From: an uncultured archaeon
GTDB lineage: Archaea; Thermoplasmatota; Penumbrarchaeia; JASLWR01
NCBI GenBank assembly: GCA_964430885.1
Contig: CAYSHM010000001.1
Span: forward strand, 64,001-128,000
Direction: 5' to 3'
DNA length: 64,000 nucleotides
Made by a program: the position numbers and the translations under genes
The notes under the pieces: model-generated
Told to the model about the DNA's origin: nothing
Databases searched by the model: none
What the model saw: the letters and a program-made list of their open reading frames with translations, nothing else
Shown here: positions 1 through 8,601 of the stretch, one piece after another
Numbering within the stretch: position 1 is the first letter of the stretch
How the letters are laid out: each line of letters begins with the position of its first letter

Positions 1-866
1 GGTATATTTACACTATAGTAGCATTTATATGCTACGGACTGCAGAACTTTCTTTACAATTACTCGGCCAAAAAAAGCTATCCTACAAGTCAGGTCCTTTT
101 CTTCTTCATGCTTACAGTAACAATATCCGCCGTGGTGAGCATGATAGCCCTAGGAGGTTCTTCCGACCCGACTAGATCACTTATGATATATTCACTTTCC
201 AATGCTGTCCTTTTCCTGGTTGTAACGACCTCCACTATTGAGGCCCTCAAGACCATACCTTCGAACCTTTTTTATCCCATATTTAGAGCCAGCATTGTGG
301 CGGTTATTCTGTTCTCATTGACATATTATAATGAGAATATATCATTCTCTCAGATCCTTGGAATAATCCTGTCAATAATGGTCATACTGCTGATTTTCAA
401 GGAAAAAAGTGATTATTATGCTGAGATCAATAAGAATTGTAAAAGAGCTTCCCCTTACATTGCTGCAGCCTTTATATCAGGGGCTTTGGTAACAATAGTG
501 GTAAAACTTGGTGCTGATGAGGGGAATCCTTTATGGTTTATTACAATGTCATATGGGCTGAACATATTTCTTGTTCTGCTGTTCAGAGGCAGGATCGACG
601 GCAAGATTAAACCTGGGAAACAAAGAAATGACCTCAAGGGATCAATGATATTGGGAATAGGCATTGGAATACTGAATTTTGCAGGTTTCTATACATTGAT
701 AAAGGCCTTTTCCACGGGCTCTCTAGCTATTGTAGCAACATTGGTGAGTCTCTCATTTGTAATTCCAATAATGCTCTCAATTCCGTTTTTCAAAGAAAGG
801 GTTACGGTTATAAGGGTAGTCGTGATAGTGATGACAATAGGTGCGGCCCTGTTGTTGAGAATATAG
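1..866 (+). CDS. EamA/DMT family transporter (5'-truncated by window edge)
   Basis: Frame 3 is open from base 3 (YIYTIVAFICYGLQNFLY...) into the listed ORF 108..866. About 10 hydrophobic segments in two repeats, with DMT-like 'YYNENIS..QILGI' and 'FFKERVT' motifs. Confidence 0.85.
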   Translation, partial: YIYTIVAFICYGLQNFLYNYSAKKSYPTSQVLFFFMLTVTISAVVSMIALGGSSDPTRSLMIYSLSNAVLFLVVTTSTIEALKTIPSNLFYPIFRASIVAVILFSLTYYNENISFSQILGIILSIMVILLIFKEKSDYYAEINKNCKRASPYIAAAFISGALVTIVVKLGADEGNPLWFITMSYGLNIFLVLLFRGRIDGKIKPGKQRNDLKGSMILGIGIGILNFAGFYTLIKAFSTGSLAIVATLVSLSFVIPIMLSIPFFKERVTVIRVVVIVMTIGAALLLRI

Positions 867-886
867 CCATGGATTGTTTGTGTTAG

Positions 887-1132
887 CTAAAGAATTATTT
901 TTCCAACTTCGACAACCTCAACGAAATCAGTGAACTCATATGGTTTGTTTGTAACGGTGTAATAATTTTTTTCCTGCCAAACCATGAGATAAGAGTTTTT
1001 CTTCTTGAATAAACCCTTTTTGGCTGCATATACTGTTGGCTTGTAGGTTTTTGCCAGAGCATCTATAAATCCCTGTCTATCCAATTTTTCTACATTGCCC
1101 TGCGCCTTTACAGACCTGATCTTATTCGACAT
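887..1132 (-). CDS. Small hypothetical protein (81 aa)
   Basis: ORF fills the gap between two genes and has a GGAGG-type RBS upstream of the ATG. No recognised family. Confidence 0.65.
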   Translation of the reverse strand: MSNKIRSVKAQGNVEKLDRQGFIDALAKTYKPTVYAAKKGLFKKKNSYLMVWQEKNYYTVTNKPYEFTDFVEVVEVGKIIL

Positions 1133-1262
1133 AATTCACATTCCTCCGGAAGAATTGAAATGGATTATTTTAGATAATAATTATTGCATGAAAATATAAT
1201 TATGCATGGGTTCAGATTTCCTTCATATTCCTAATGTATAATAGAATACGGGAGGTATTGGA

Positions 1263-2042
1263 TTGGATAAAACTCAGGACAAGATAATAATATATTTCAT
1301 TGGGACTGCAGGTTCCGGAAAGACGACCTTATGCGGTTCCTTTGCCGAAACCCTGGAAAAGGAAGGCGGCAGCGTTTACAGGGTGAACCTGGATCCGGGT
1401 GTGGATACTCTGCCCTACACTCCGGATTATGATATAAGAAACCACATTGATCTTTTTGATGTTATGGAGGAGTATGAACTGGGGCCGAACGGGGCCCAGA
1501 TTGCCTGTGCGGACAACATCGCGTTTGAGGCCAAGAGAATAGCCAGCATAATTAATTCGTCAGAAGGTAATTATGTTATTATTGATACCCCTGGGCAGAT
1601 AGAGCTGTTTGCATACAGGAACTCTTCCAGTGTCATTATTGAAGAATTGGGTTCTTCAAGGTCGTTTTTCGTCTTCCTAATGGATCCCTTTCTGGCCCAC
1701 AGCCCCAGCGGTTTCATTACGCAGCATTTGCTCTATCTTTCCTGTCAATTCAAATTTCATATTCCATCCATGATTGTTCTTTCCAAAAGTGATATGATAG
1801 AGCTTTCAAAGATAGAAGAGATAATCGCTTGGTCCAGCGACCCAGATTCATTGTATGCATCATCCTTGGATGAAATCGTCACCGTTAGGAGTCAGTTCCA
1901 TATTGAGGTACTTCGTTCCCTAATGGATTTGGACCTTTTTACAGGTCTTTTCCCTTGTTCATCAGAAACTGGGGAGGGTCTACTGGACATTTACAATTAC
2001 ATCCAACAGATATATTCAGGCGGAGAGGACATATCCGATTAA
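1263..2042 (+). CDS. GPN-loop GTPase (ATP/GTP-binding protein)
   Basis: Walker A GTAGSGKT, VNLDPG, signature LGPNG, DTPGQIE and SKSD (G4). GGAGG RBS before the TTG start. Confidence 0.93.
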   Translation: MDKTQDKIIIYFIGTAGSGKTTLCGSFAETLEKEGGSVYRVNLDPGVDTLPYTPDYDIRNHIDLFDVMEEYELGPNGAQIACADNIAFEAKRIASIINSSEGNYVIIDTPGQIELFAYRNSSSVIIEELGSSRSFFVFLMDPFLAHSPSGFITQHLLYLSCQFKFHIPSMIVLSKSDMIELSKIEEIIAWSSDPDSLYASSLDEIVTVRSQFHIEVLRSLMDLDLFTGLFPCSSETGEGLLDIYNYIQQIYSGGEDISD

Positions 2043-2060
2043 GGTTCAATTGGTTTTTTT

Positions 2061-3101
2061 ATGGTATGTATCATAGTGCAAGGTGGAGCCTGGGCAATAC
2101 CTGCAAAAATGCACAGGGATAGTATTGAGGGATGCCGTAGGGCCGCTCTGGCAGGCCGGAAAATATTGAAAAGCGGAGGGTCGGCTCTTGATGCTGTCGA
2201 AGAAGCGGTTCGATCAATGGAATCCGATCCTATATATGATGCAGGCAGGGGGACAGTTCTGAATATGCGTGGCGATATTGAGCTTGACGCGATGATAATG
2301 AACGGCAGGGATCTGACTTATGGGTCGGTGGCGGCCGTAAAGGATATTCTTCATCCTGTATCTTTAGCTAGAAAGGTTATGGAGGATACCCCTCATTGTA
2401 TGGTAGCCGGAGAAGGAGCGAACCTTTTAGCTGAAAGATTTGGTATAGATAAATGCAGCCCAGAAGAGCTTCTGACCGAGTATGAGATGAATAAGAGAAA
2501 GAAAATCGAAGGGGGAGAACCCTTTGACCTGATGGGACAGTTTCGATATCCCGTACTTAGTGAACCCATGAGAATTGCCGCAGCTGGAACTGATATCGAA
2601 AGGGAGTCTGCCTCGATACCCGTGTCATGGATAAGGGTCAATAATAACAAAATGTTGAATATTTTAGAAGGATCAAAGTGTGATATGATATCACCAAAGG
2701 GCGATACGGTAGGAGCTTGCGCCTTGGATGCCGACGGTAATATTGCCACTGCCCTTTCAACAGGTGGGACGACCAACAAGTATCCGGGCAGGGTGGGAGA
2801 TACTCCTATAGCTGGCTGCGGAGGGTATGCTGATAATCATTTTGGAGCGGTTTCATCAACGGGTATGGGGGAATGGATCATGCGCTATATGCTCTCGGCC
2901 CGTGCTTTCAATGAACTTGTAAATGGCAGTGGCCCAATGGAAGCTTCAGTTAGGGCGGTTAAAGGGTTCGAGGAACGCATCGGCGGTTTGGGAGGTATGA
3001 TAATATTATCGAGGGATGGAAGAATGGGCCTAGCATATAATACGCCGTATATGCCCTATGCTTGGATTGAATGCAATGGTGATATTGTATTGGGAATATA
3101 G
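2061..3101 (+). CDS. Isoaspartyl peptidase/L-asparaginase (Ntn hydrolase, asparaginase_2 family)
   Basis: GGSALDAVEEAV, ELDAMIM, autocleavage site GD/TVGA (Thr codon 2706-2708), STGG, GRVGDTP, STGxGE. Confidence 0.93.
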   Translation: MVCIIVQGGAWAIPAKMHRDSIEGCRRAALAGRKILKSGGSALDAVEEAVRSMESDPIYDAGRGTVLNMRGDIELDAMIMNGRDLTYGSVAAVKDILHPVSLARKVMEDTPHCMVAGEGANLLAERFGIDKCSPEELLTEYEMNKRKKIEGGEPFDLMGQFRYPVLSEPMRIAAAGTDIERESASIPVSWIRVNNNKMLNILEGSKCDMISPKGDTVGACALDADGNIATALSTGGTTNKYPGRVGDTPIAGCGGYADNHFGAVSSTGMGEWIMRYMLSARAFNELVNGSGPMEASVRAVKGFEERIGGLGGMIILSRDGRMGLAYNTPYMPYAWIECNGDIVLGI

Positions 3102-3196
3102 CATTCACCATCCATTTCTAACATCATTTTATATAAAATTTATCCGTAAATGCGGGAACTTTAATATACTATAAATCTATTAAAAACACATTCCTG

Positions 3197-4888
3197 GTGT
3201 TAAATATGTCCGATAACAATATAGTAACAGATCTTGATTTGACAAAACCCTTTTTTTTGGTTCAAGTGGAAAGGGCCCAGGGTTCGGATAAGTTCTTTTG
3301 GTCACCTAATATGTTCATTGATGACGAGGCGCCTTCAGGATATGAAATCCAGGAGAATACCTATATTACCAGAATCGAGGTCAGCAATAATTTTGATCCT
3401 CCCGTAAATCAATGTATCCTTACTTTCAATCGGGTGGCGGGAACTCCACTGGATATTATTCCAGGGGATAAATTAGAGGTTTTCCTTGGATATTACAAGA
3501 GGGACGCCCTTACAGAACCTGAGTATGCTAAGGTCTTCACAGGATTTGTTTCAGAAATAGATAGACAGCTTACTGTATGCAGCGTCATGGCACTGAGTAA
3601 AATGCATATTCTTCTGTCGGTAAGAAAACATGTTGTCTTCAACAAGGATACTGCTGATAATATTATCAATAAATTGGTGGAAGATGTGGAGGGCATTGAG
3701 GTAAATGAAGTGTCCGCCAGCGAGATCCAAAAGAGCAAATATATTTTTTCACAGGCACGGAGCCTTTATGAAATAATCAAAGATCTATGCATACAGTCCA
3801 AATTCGATCTATACACTGATGTGAATGATAAATTGGTTGCTAAGCTTTGGGAACCTGAGAAATCATCCCCTGGCGATCACGGACTTGAGAAGATATATCC
3901 TGACACAAAAGATGCATCCAATACTAAACAGTATATTCATAATTTTTATTTTGGTTTGAACATATTAGGTATGGATATTAGTTATGTCAAATCCGATGTT
4001 GGTTCCGTGGAAGTGGTTAGCTTTTCCAGTTATGGTGAGGATAACGAGAACCAGTACTCCATCGAAAGGACTAGTTTTGTCAAGGAATTGGAGATAAGTG
4101 CCGATGAATATCAGCCCATGAATAAGAAGATCATTCAGCTCCCCTACACCCCTGCGGAAAGTGCCGAGAAGATCCAGGATAATCTATTATTTTATTACAA
4201 TCCAAAATTGAAAGGTTCCATAAAGGTAATTGGCTCGCCTCATGTAAGATTGAATGACGGTTTGAGGGTGGCCGGGAAGTTCTTTGGAAAACCGCCCTTC
4301 ACCGGGGTCACCTCCTCAGGAAGCGAGTGGGATGCAAGAGAATCGGAGGACACCGAATCCTCTGATGAGGGCAAAGGCAAGACCTTTCAGATTGTGGGTG
4401 TGAACCATATTTTCAGCTTCAAACAGGGTTTTATTTCAGAGTTTGGCATAGTTGAGAGAGAACCGCCTGAAGGCAGTACTGGTGACGAGGTGGAGGAAGC
4501 TACTGGGACTGAGGGTGCTGAAGGGGAACCCGCCGAGGAGCAGCAGGAGGATTACGGACAGTCCGTAGTGGCCCCCGAGTATCCCGAGGTTGCCGACAAG
4601 GAGGCGAATGCTCTGATGGAGGCCCAGCAAGAGTTCGTCCAGCAGATGGAGGGACTGATGAACAACGCTACCGAAGTGAAGACCGAGCGATCCGAGGTGG
4701 CAAAGGAGTATACAGACCTCCACCCCCAGCAGGAGGGGGGTTTAATGGATGCCTTGGATGATTTCCACACATCAATGGGAGATCTGAAGAGCAAGACAAA
4801 GGGCCTTTCCGAGGCAAAAAAGGATCCTGACGATTGGTACAAGAAGACCGAGAAGGAGAAGCCCAAGGCCTGGAAGGATGAGGAATAG
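3197..4888 (+). CDS. Phage late-control D / baseplate hub (VgrG N-terminal-like) protein with acidic linker and helical C-terminal extension
   Basis: Pattern typical of gpD/gp27-like hubs: 'GDKLEVFLGY', 'KVFTGFVSEI', 'TADNIINKL', 'SLYEIIKDLC..SKFDLYTD', 'GSIKVIGSPHVRLND', 'FQIVGVNHIFS.KQGFIS'. Likely start is ATG 3206. Recognised by eye only. Confidence 0.65.
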   Translation: MLNMSDNNIVTDLDLTKPFFLVQVERAQGSDKFFWSPNMFIDDEAPSGYEIQENTYITRIEVSNNFDPPVNQCILTFNRVAGTPLDIIPGDKLEVFLGYYKRDALTEPEYAKVFTGFVSEIDRQLTVCSVMALSKMHILLSVRKHVVFNKDTADNIINKLVEDVEGIEVNEVSASEIQKSKYIFSQARSLYEIIKDLCIQSKFDLYTDVNDKLVAKLWEPEKSSPGDHGLEKIYPDTKDASNTKQYIHNFYFGLNILGMDISYVKSDVGSVEVVSFSSYGEDNENQYSIERTSFVKELEISADEYQPMNKKIIQLPYTPAESAEKIQDNLLFYYNPKLKGSIKVIGSPHVRLNDGLRVAGKFFGKPPFTGVTSSGSEWDARESEDTESSDEGKGKTFQIVGVNHIFSFKQGFISEFGIVEREPPEGSTGDEVEEATGTEGAEGEPAEEQQEDYGQSVVAPEYPEVADKEANALMEAQQEFVQQMEGLMNNATEVKTERSEVAKEYTDLHPQQEGGLMDALDDFHTSMGDLKSKTKGLSEAKKDPDDWYKKTEKEKPKAWKDEE

Positions 4889-4966
4889 CTTAAGGATTGG
4901 AATGGAATTTGAAATCCATTGATTTGGATTGAATTTGGATAAATGTGTTAATTCGGAGAGATTATA

Positions 4967-7900
4967 ATGCCAGATTGTGATTGTGTGGCTTGTCAAATGG
5001 GCATGAAGGCCCTTGAGCAGATAGATAAGGCCGATGTGGCTTCCCAAAAGGCCCTGGTTCAGGTAGAGGAGAAGACCAATGGGATAATAGACCAGGTCCA
5101 GGATGCCCTTTCCCAGTTCAACTCCAAGGCCCTCGATATGAAGAACGCGGTTCTTGATGCGGTGAACACCGCCATTGATACGGTGGAACAGCAGATCGGC
5201 GATATAGGTCCGGAGCTCAAGGAAAAGGGACAAGGGGCTGTGAACGAGGCTTTTGCACAGGTGGAAACCCTTCCTGACGAGTTCAATGCCAAATTGACCG
5301 AGATGAAGGACGAGGTTGTGGCCCAGATAGAGGAGCAGGTTCACAAGATAAGCGAAGCGGCCCAGGAAAAGATTGGCACCATAAGAGGTCAGGTCGAGGG
5401 GAAGAAGGATGAGGTAATGGGCACACTTGATGAGCAGATAGACAATGTCACGGCCAAGATGGGGGAGATCACGGACGGCATCAATTCCAAACTTGATGAG
5501 ATAGTCAATCTTCTGAAGGAGAAGTTCGATTCGGTCTACAAGGGCAAACCGGGGTATGATGAAGCATCGGCAGAGCTGGACCATATACTCGAGGAGTTGA
5601 AGACAACACTCCAGAATACCATAAACCAGCTCTCCGAGGATATCCGAAATACCATTACAGAGATCAAGGATGAGATAATCACTGCAATAAATGATACATT
5701 CGATGATGTTTTCGATCTAATAGAGAGCATCCCAGGGAAGATAGAGACTGCCATATCGGATATAGTCAATCTTGTTGATACTGCCCTGCAGGAAACTCTG
5801 GACCAGGCGACGGAGTTGGTCAATGATATAATTGCCGACGCCAAGCAGAAGCTTAATGATGCCATAGCTCTCATAACCGATACGGTGGACAATCTGATTG
5901 ATGAGGGGATCGCCCTTGTAAAGTCCCTCCGTGATGAGATCAGGGATGCCCTGAACAGCTTGATAGATCAGATCAGGGAGTTCACCCAGGATACTCTGGA
6001 TCAGGTGAGGAACGGGGCTAACGGGATATTCGAAACGGTCAGTACTGAGCTTCATAAAGGCCTTATGATGGCTCGGGAAACAATAAATGAGATAGTCATC
6101 GACATGGGGGATCGGCTTAACCAGAAGATAGAACAGGTCAAGACCGATATGGTGAACGAGGCCAACAAGCAGGTCAGGCAGCTCAGGGTTATGGGCGAGG
6201 AGGCCTATGCTGATGCTGAGGAAGCTTTCATCGATAATGGCTATACTGAGGATACATCAGTTGTAGATAATATTAGGGATGCAGGAGAACAGGCCGTCCA
6301 GGAGATGCAGACCACAATGCAGGCCCAAGCTGAAAAACTGATATCGGATTTCAAGCTCCAGGTCACACTCTACATACCCAAGATAGTACAGCAGGGTGCG
6401 GCCTTGATAAGTTCGGCTTCCAGTGCTACAAGCGGAGTGATACAGCAGTGCATAACCATAGGAACTGATCTGTCGACAAGCATAACTGAAAAAATTGATG
6501 GATTCATATCCACTTTCGAGACCGCCAAGAACAATATTACTGAGATAATAACGGTGAAAGGACCTGAATATATCGAGCTTTGTAAGACCTCGGTAATGGA
6601 GGCAGTGGACACATTGAAGAACATGGGTGAGGAGTTCTATACCAATACTGTGGAGAAAACAAAGAAATTGGTTGAAGATACTAAGAACCGTTTCGTCACA
6701 CTCTACGAAGATATCAAGTCCACAGTTGAGGATCTTATTGACGATCTTGTATCATCAGTAATGGACACCATTGAGACCATAAAGGACAGATTTGTGGAGC
6801 TCTACAACAGCATCAAGGATAATGTAGAGAATTTGGTAAGTGAGATAACCGATACGGTCTCTTCCATGGTGGACGATTTGAAGGCCCTTATAGATGAAGA
6901 GCTTGAAAAACTCAAAGAGGGAGTTGAGAATGCTGTCGATGCAGTTAAGGAATTGAAGGACAAGGTTGTGGGTCAGATTGAGGAGAAGATGAATGATGTC
7001 CTCGGTCAGGTGGACAGTAAATACCTTGAAGCCCTAGGTCTGGATGATGAGGTTGATGCATTGAAGGAAAAGGCAGGGGAATTGATGGATGAGATAAGTT
7101 CAACCATAGATGAGCAGGCCGATAATATCGGAAACAGCATTCAGGATCAGATAAGCGGTGCCCAGGATGCCTTGATGGGGGATGTTGAGTCCGCAGCAGA
7201 TGATTTCCAGAGCAAGGCCGGTGAGACTCTGGACGGGGGCAATTTCGAGGAAGGCTTGAGCGGGGTGAACGAGGAATTCCAGACCACTTTAGAGGAAGTC
7301 AAGGAGAAAACCGGGGAACTGGAGGAAGTGGGTAAAAATGCCAAACAGGGTATGATCGAGGTCAACGATGCTGCCAATGAGGCTGCAGCTTCAGCTTCTG
7401 AAGCGGCCAAGGAGAGCGTGAATGAGGCAATGGCATCAGCCGGTGATGCAGGCGGTGCTATCAAGGAATCTGGAAGCGAGATGAACGAGAAGTTGAACGA
7501 GGCCACCGAGGCGGTCAAAGCTGCTGGAGAGGCGGGTAAGAAGGGAATGGAAGCCGCAAAGGATGCAGGTAAACCCAGTGGTGGCGCCCCGGCAGGCGAG
7601 GGCGGAGCGGAAGCCGCTGGCGGAGAAGGCGGAGGTGCTGAGGAGGGTGCCGGAGGCGAGGAAGCTGCAGGTGGAGAGGAGGCAGGTGAATCAGGCGGGG
7701 CGGAAGAAAGTGGCGGTGCGCCCGGAGAGAAAGGTGCTGGAACTGCTGAACAGACGGAAGGAGCCGGTGAAGATAAAGAAAAGGCTCCAGATGAAGAGAA
7801 GAAGGGACCTGCGAAGAAGGAAGATGAACCTGGGGAAGGTGAAGCTGTGACAGAAGAAAAATCTGATGAGTCGGGGGGGAAGGAAGAAGAGCAAGAGGAG

Positions 7901-8497
7901 GAAAGAGAGGGCGAAGGTGAACCTGCCAAGAAGAAGGATGAAGAAGCAGAGGATACTGGTAAAGAGGGCGAGGAGAAAGAGGATGGCAAGTCTGGGGAAG
8001 GTTTGGGTATGCCTGGTGAAGGTGATGAGGATGGTACCGAGACTGATGAAGGCGGTTTGGGATTGCCAGGTGAAGAGGCCGGAGAGAAAGAGGGTGACGG
8101 AGGCTTGGAAATTCCAGAAGGTGAGGGAAAGGAGGGCGATGGTGAAGGACTTGGTATTCCGGATGATACTGAGACTGGTGAAGAGGGAGGTATGGACCTT
8201 ACCAAAGAGAAACCTGATGGAGGAGAGGAGACCGGCGGTCTCGGAGTTCCAGAAGAAGGGACTGGGACAGGCGAGGAGAAAGAAGGATTGGGATTGTCGG
8301 ATGATAGTTCATCAGAGACCGTTAGCGGCGGAAGTATGACAGGTGAACAGGCAGAAACTGGTGGAGGTAAGACCGTTGCCGGAGGGGCAGTAGTGAAAGA
8401 TGATGGAGGCCCAGGAGATTCAAAACCCACCCCCAAGAAAGGTGGGGGAAAAGGAAAAAAGGGTAAAGGTCTGAAAGGCAAGGTAAATAAAAAATAA
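4967..8497 (+). CDS. Long 11-residue-repeat (hendecad) amphipathic helical protein with Gly/Glu-rich disordered tail (tape-measure/apolipoprotein-like)
   Basis: Clear 11-aa periodicity (IIDQVQDALSQ/FNSKALDMKNA/VLDAVNTAIDT/VEQQIGDIGPE...) over ~830 aa. N-terminal CxCxxC, G/E-rich tail and Lys-rich end. GGAG RBS. Confidence 0.75.
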   Translation: MPDCDCVACQMGMKALEQIDKADVASQKALVQVEEKTNGIIDQVQDALSQFNSKALDMKNAVLDAVNTAIDTVEQQIGDIGPELKEKGQGAVNEAFAQVETLPDEFNAKLTEMKDEVVAQIEEQVHKISEAAQEKIGTIRGQVEGKKDEVMGTLDEQIDNVTAKMGEITDGINSKLDEIVNLLKEKFDSVYKGKPGYDEASAELDHILEELKTTLQNTINQLSEDIRNTITEIKDEIITAINDTFDDVFDLIESIPGKIETAISDIVNLVDTALQETLDQATELVNDIIADAKQKLNDAIALITDTVDNLIDEGIALVKSLRDEIRDALNSLIDQIREFTQDTLDQVRNGANGIFETVSTELHKGLMMARETINEIVIDMGDRLNQKIEQVKTDMVNEANKQVRQLRVMGEEAYADAEEAFIDNGYTEDTSVVDNIRDAGEQAVQEMQTTMQAQAEKLISDFKLQVTLYIPKIVQQGAALISSASSATSGVIQQCITIGTDLSTSITEKIDGFISTFETAKNNITEIITVKGPEYIELCKTSVMEAVDTLKNMGEEFYTNTVEKTKKLVEDTKNRFVTLYEDIKSTVEDLIDDLVSSVMDTIETIKDRFVELYNSIKDNVENLVSEITDTVSSMVDDLKALIDEELEKLKEGVENAVDAVKELKDKVVGQIEEKMNDVLGQVDSKYLEALGLDDEVDALKEKAGELMDEISSTIDEQADNIGNSIQDQISGAQDALMGDVESAADDFQSKAGETLDGGNFEEGLSGVNEEFQTTLEEVKEKTGELEEVGKNAKQGMIEVNDAANEAAASASEAAKESVNEAMASAGDAGGAIKESGSEMNEKLNEATEAVKAAGEAGKKGMEAAKDAGKPSGGAPAGEGGAEAAGGEGGGAEEGAGGEEAAGGEEAGESGGAEESGGAPGEKGAGTAEQTEGAGEDKEKAPDEEKKGPAKKEDEPGEGEAVTEEKSDESGGKEEEQEEEREGEGEPAKKKDEEAEDTGKEGEEKEDGKSGEGLGMPGEGDEDGTETDEGGLGLPGEEAGEKEGDGGLEIPEGEGKEGDGEGLGIPDDTETGEEGGMDLTKEKPDGGEETGGLGVPEEGTGTGEEKEGLGLSDDSSSETVSGGSMTGEQAETGGGKTVAGGAVVKDDGGPGDSKPTPKKGGGKGKKGKGLKGKVNKK
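8000..8299 (+). repeat. Seven GLG[MLIV]P-like peptide motifs in the acidic tail of the hendecad protein
   Basis: GLGMP, GLGLP, GLEIP, GLGIP, GMDLT, GLGVP, GLGLS separated by G/E/K/D spacers. Confidence 0.75.
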
Positions 8498-8601
8498 TTT
8501 TTACATATATCCCTTCCTTTCAGGAAAAATCCTGAACACCAGAATTAGCCAGTCTGAACTATGAAATTTTTTAAAGGATAAGTATGATAAAAGTAATATA
8601 G

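Noticed and set aside
4886-4967. Possible amber (pyrrolysine-type) readthrough fusing the hub gene to the in-frame hendecad gene
   Set aside because: The two ORFs share a frame, but TAG at 4886 is followed by in-frame TGA (4910) and a further TAA, and the second gene has its own GGAG RBS.
7147-8481. 444-aa Ser/Pro-rich antisense ORF (and similar shadows at 4772-5584, 9846-10544, 11689-12483, 29134-29733, 36672-37421)
   Set aside because: These are reverse-complement shadows of G/E/K/D-rich coding sequence that lacks stop codons on the other strand. There is no independent evidence for them.
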